Virus record (IMG/VR): IMGVR_UViG_3300036793_000045
Coordinates: 1 to 36,346 of that record
Strand: one strand, 5' to 3'
Length of the DNA: 36,346 nt
Origin: a virus
Lineage: Duplodnaviria; Caudoviricetes
This document shows positions 33,265 through 36,346 of the stretch, in pieces. The position numbers and the translations under genes were made by a program. The stretch's first letter is position 1, and the number at the start of each line of letters is the position of its first letter. The notes beneath the pieces are model-generated. The model did not search any database. It saw nothing but the letters and a program-made list of their open reading frames with translations, and was not told the origin of the DNA.

Positions 33265-34176
33265 ATGCCGGTTGGCGCACGCGGTTACAGCGATGCTCCG
33301 CGCATAACTGTCAACGAGCTGCTGAAGGACCCGTTGGTCATTCCGGCTCTCATCCTGGACATCACGGAGAACGAGTTCATCATCGACTCCGTGCTGCGCA
33401 TGGGCGGCTCGGCTCCGAGCGGCGCAGTCCGGTACTCCGAGAGCACTCCGCTGTACGCGGATGACTTCCCGGAGATCAGGGCTGAGTTCAGCGAGGTCCC
33501 GGTCATGCCCACCTCGATCGGTATCCCGCGAGTGGTGTTCAGCCACGAGCGCGCGATGGCGGTCATGGTGTCCGACGAGATGCGCCGTCGGCAGACCATC
33601 GACCCCGTGACCCGCCAGCTCCTGCAGGTCAAGAACACGATGGTCTATTCGTGGAACACCGCGTTCTACTCGGCGATCGTCTCCAACGCCTCGATCCAGA
33701 CGCTGGCTGTGTCCAACGCCTGGTCCACCGCAGCGGCCACGATCCGGGGCGACATCGCGCAAGCGTGCTACCTGGTCGAGAACGCCAACATCGTGAGCCC
33801 CTCGGGCGTCACGCAGTGGCTGGGCTTCGAGGCCGACACGATGATCATCAACCACGGCACCAAGAACACGCTGCTGCAGAGCAGCACGTTCGCCGCGCCG
33901 TACATCGGCGACATCGCCAGCGAGAACCTGCTCTACACAGGTACGCTCCCCCAGAAGATCTTCAACCTCGACGTCCTGGTCTCCCGCCAGGTCCCGGCTG
34001 GCAACGCGATCATCATGCAGCGCAACCGGGCTGGCTTCTACGCGGACGAGCTGCCCTTCGTGGCTGGCCCGCTGTACCGCGAGGAGTCGCGGAAGACCTG
34101 GCGTTCTGACACGCAGCGCGCGTCGGCGATCGGTCTTGACCAGCCGCTGGCGATCTGCCTGCTGAGCGGAGTCTGA
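33265..34176 (+). CDS. Major capsid protein (HK97 fold)
   Basis: 303 aa, position, GAAAGG RBS, AEFSEVP E-loop-like motif, ADTMIIN and DQPLAI..L.GV end typical of actinophage MCPs. Confidence 0.85.
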   Translation: MPVGARGYSDAPRITVNELLKDPLVIPALILDITENEFIIDSVLRMGGSAPSGAVRYSESTPLYADDFPEIRAEFSEVPVMPTSIGIPRVVFSHERAMAVMVSDEMRRRQTIDPVTRQLLQVKNTMVYSWNTAFYSAIVSNASIQTLAVSNAWSTAAATIRGDIAQACYLVENANIVSPSGVTQWLGFEADTMIINHGTKNTLLQSSTFAAPYIGDIASENLLYTGTLPQKIFNLDVLVSRQVPAGNAIIMQRNRAGFYADELPFVAGPLYREESRKTWRSDTQRASAIGLDQPLAICLLSGV

Positions 34177-34181
34177 TCATC

Positions 34182-34625
34182 GTGCCAACCCCCGCCCGCC
34201 AAGCCGTCGTCAGCGAGGGCCGCGCCAAGTACCAGGTGCTCGTACACACCTCGGTACCGCAGCGCGACCCTGTCACCGGCAAGCCGACCGGCCAGACCGA
34301 CCTGGTCTCCCCCGGCGAGACCGTTGAGCTGACCGAGCAAGAGGCACGGCATCTCATGGACACCAGCCCGCGCTCCGGGCATCGCGTCCCGCTAGTCCGC
34401 CCGGCCAAGGACGCCAAGGAGCCGCTGCAGCGCGTGCACCCGGCTCACGCCTCGGGCATCATGCAGAGGCCAGCCGATGCCAGGCCTGACCCGGCCGGAA
34501 GCTCACACATCCAGGTTCAGCAGGACACCGAGCGCCAGCCCGAGTCGAACGAGCCGCAGCCTGGCTCAGAGGGTCAGCTCCCGTCCGACCTGATCGACGC
34601 ACTGGACATCCCGCCAGGGAGGTAA
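34182..34625 (+). CDS. Hypothetical virion-associated protein
   Basis: PGETVELTEQEARHL motif typical of small genes after MCP. Confidence 0.7.
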   Translation: MPTPARQAVVSEGRAKYQVLVHTSVPQRDPVTGKPTGQTDLVSPGETVELTEQEARHLMDTSPRSGHRVPLVRPAKDAKEPLQRVHPAHASGIMQRPADARPDPAGSSHIQVQQDTERQPESNEPQPGSEGQLPSDLIDALDIPPGR

Positions 34626-34628
34626 TGC

Positions 34629-35063
34629 ATGGCATCGTCGGGGCTCTCGGCAGCGCCTGCCGCATGGCGGGCCACCTGCCCGAGGTGCAAGTCCCTGCGC
34701 CCGTTCACGTCTATCGACGGCGGAACGGGCTACAACTGCGCCGGGTGCGAGTGGTACTTCACCTTCGGCACCCAGGCCCCGACCGGTACCACCAACGCGG
34801 CCATCACGGCTGGCGTCAACACCACGCTCAGCGTGGCCTCCGGTGGCGCGAGCTTCACCAACGGCATGCTCCTGTGGTGCGACACCGGCCTGAACACTGA
34901 GCTGGTCAAGGTGACCGGTTCGCCTACCGGCACCTCGATCCCGATTCCGGCCGGGTTCATCAAGAACCACCTGACGGCCATGACCTTCGGACAGCTCCTG
35001 ATCACGCCTACCTACCAGGCGGCTGGCGAGCGCGTGCCCGCTAATCCGCCCTGGGGCTTCTGA
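34629..35063 (+). CDS. Protein with N-terminal zinc ribbon and beta-rich domain
   Basis: CPRC...CAGC; GGAGG RBS; T.L.VAS...F..G...DTG.N.E.V.V. Confidence 0.7.
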   Translation: MASSGLSAAPAAWRATCPRCKSLRPFTSIDGGTGYNCAGCEWYFTFGTQAPTGTTNAAITAGVNTTLSVASGGASFTNGMLLWCDTGLNTELVKVTGSPTGTSIPIPAGFIKNHLTAMTFGQLLITPTYQAAGERVPANPPWGF

Positions 35064-35356
35064 TGGCGATCAACCAGTACGTGCTGACAGCTACGGTCAC
35101 GGTCGCAGCCGGTACGCCCGCTACTGCGGTGGCCGGGGAGCCGATGACCGGCGGCCTGGCCAGCGTGGCGGGCACTATCGCCGAGACAGCCGGTGCCTGG
35201 GCAGATCCAGGTCCGCGCACGTTCCTCAAGGGACAGAAGATCATGCTGGACCCGGCGGGCAGCCTGTTCACTGCGATCGGCTCCGGCAACCTGCGGCAGA
35301 TCACTCCGTTGCCAGGCGACGGTGCGACCGGCGGCTACTACGGCACGAGCAACTGA
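35063..35356 (+). CDS. Small putative virion protein, paralog family member 1
   Basis: TGATG overlap; G..I.L...GSL..AIG.GNLR motif. Confidence 0.75.
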   Translation: MAINQYVLTATVTVAAGTPATAVAGEPMTGGLASVAGTIAETAGAWADPGPRTFLKGQKIMLDPAGSLFTAIGSGNLRQITPLPGDGATGGYYGTSN

Positions 35357-35365
35357 GGAGCAGTC

Positions 35366-35602
35366 ATGGCAGCGCGCCCGTTCCTGGTCATCAAGACCAC
35401 CACCATCACCTACGACGGTGTCCAGGCGCGCTTCCACGCCGGGCATATCGTTGACGTCCCGGTCGGCAGCTCGCTAGCTACCATGCTTGGCGCGAACATC
35501 AGGGCGCTGAGCACGGCGGAGACAGCGGGCTCTGCAGGCGAGCACCAGCCCGTCTGCCAGTCGCTCAACCTGGGGTCGCATTACAACCCCGGACAGAACT
35601 AG
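35366..35602 (+). CDS. Small putative virion protein, paralog family member 2
   Basis: GAGGAG RBS; GHIVDVPVGSSL...LGANIRAL. Confidence 0.75.
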   Translation: MAARPFLVIKTTTITYDGVQARFHAGHIVDVPVGSSLATMLGANIRALSTAETAGSAGEHQPVCQSLNLGSHYNPGQN

Positions 35603-35611
35603 GAGACAGCA

Positions 35612-35980
35612 ATGGCTGTCGTAGCACCATCAGTACCGGCTAGCACTGTCCAGGTAGCCAACACCACCGGGCAGGCTGTTGATGTGGCCCTGTCGGGCTT
35701 CACCGCGACTTTCGTCTTCATCTACGACCAGGCAGGCACCGCGCATCAGGTCGGCACCACCAACGGCAGCTACCTGCTGCCGCCGGGGTACTCGATCTCG
35801 ATCACGTACTCGGTGGTCGGGACCTGGATCTGGACCGACCCCCTGATGGTCGGTCAGAACTACCAGTTCGGCGCGTACTCGGCCGAGAACCTGGTGCTGA
35901 TCAACCAGATCGCTCAGCTTCCCCTGACCGCGCACGGTGAGGCTGGCCAGGCCGGTCTCGGCTCGGTGGTCTCGAACTGA
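35612..35980 (+). CDS. Small beta-rich putative virion protein
   Basis: AGGAG RBS; LPPGYSISITYS..W.W. Confidence 0.75.
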   Translation: MAVVAPSVPASTVQVANTTGQAVDVALSGFTATFVFIYDQAGTAHQVGTTNGSYLLPPGYSISITYSVVGTWIWTDPLMVGQNYQFGAYSAENLVLINQIAQLPLTAHGEAGQAGLGSVVSN

Positions 35981-36219
35981 GCGTCAGCTACACGGAGCTG
36001 GCTGCGGAGACTGACGGCTTCTGGGCCGTTCCTACGCAGCTAGCTCCGTTCGTGGTACAGCGGCCGGTCACGGTCGAGGGCACTCTGATGCCAGCCAGGA
36101 CGATTGTCGAAGTCCTGCCGGGTAGTTCCCTGTGGTACGCCTACGGGCAGGGGAACCTGCTGCCGCTGCCAGTCTCCGAAACTGGTGACGACGCGGACCA
36201 TGCAGAACTGGGTAACTGA
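35977..36219 (+). CDS. Small putative virion protein, paralog family member 3 (CTG start or GTG 36052)
   Basis: Open frame LSVSY...PFVVQRPVTVEGTLMPARTIVEVLPGSSLWYAYGQGNLLPL...HAELGN; similar to 35063 and 35366; not in the ORF track. Confidence 0.65.
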   Translation: MSVSYTELAAETDGFWAVPTQLAPFVVQRPVTVEGTLMPARTIVEVLPGSSLWYAYGQGNLLPLPVSETGDDADHAELGN

Positions 36220-36229
36220 AGGAGCGGTC

Positions 36230-36346
36230 ATGGCAAGACCGGCGTTCGCAGCAGGCTGGCCCGGAATCGTCTGGTTCCTGTTCTGGCTCGCCATTATCAT
36301 CATCCTGATTTTCATCGTCTCCCTGATCATCAGCCCGCTCGGCGGC
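36230..36346 (+). CDS. Membrane protein, truncated by window end
   Basis: AAGGAG RBS; MARPAFAAGWPGIVWFLFWLAIIIILIFIVSLIISPLGG. Confidence 0.7.
   Translation, partial: MARPAFAAGWPGIVWFLFWLAIIIILIFIVSLIISPLGG

Larger units (their letters stand above)
1..36346 (+). mobile_element. Tailed phage/prophage segment (accessory region plus DNA-packaging and head module), probable actinobacterial host
   Basis: TerS-TerL-portal-MuF-protease-capsid gene order; dense co-oriented small ORFs with 4-nt overlaps; high GC; no host housekeeping genes. Confidence 0.95.

Noticed and set aside
11714-33280. Long minus-strand ORFs (e.g. 11714-13045, 14323-15504, 15544-16776, 26023-27444, 31940-33280)
   Set aside because: Antisense shadows of well-supported + strand genes, expected from GC3-biased codons; no motifs or RBS
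1-36346. tRNA/rRNA genes, integrase, transposase
   Set aside because: No cloverleaf with T-loop consensus or recombinase motifs noticed by eye; lifestyle (temperate or lytic) cannot be determined from this window

Overview
This is a 36.3-kb segment of a high-GC tailed phage or prophage, most likely of an actinobacterial host. Almost all real genes lie on the + strand with ATGA/GTGA-coupled overlaps. In order: an iteron/origin-like ACCGTCAC repeat cluster (1-240); about 13 kb of small accessory genes (YozE-like, orphan Phd-like antitoxin, Zn-finger, two secreted Cys-containing proteins, permuted NlpC/P60, a secreted LysM-Rpf-NlpC/P60 cell-wall hydrolase, Tad2/DUF2829 anti-defence sponge); then the head module: small and large terminase, an inserted HTH + ParB-like pair, DUF935-type portal, short MuF, a 12-kb cargo block, Mu gpI-like protease/scaffold, decoration protein, major capsid protein and a run of small paralogous proteins. 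The most striking feature is the block between MuF and the prohead protease (19.6-31.5 kb). A short peptide tag ([SN]-I-T-x-Q-x-[LI]-[ED]-[LF]-x..W..E-x-R-[GND]-x-x-G-[ER]-W and variants) recurs about 12 times across five ORFs. In a 2127-aa ORF it separates six unrelated modules: kinase, alpha/beta hydrolase, two zincins, a glycosylase-like domain and an unknown domain. I infer a protease-processed, capsid-packaged, modular effector polyprotein system. All family calls come from recognising motifs by eye; no searches were run.
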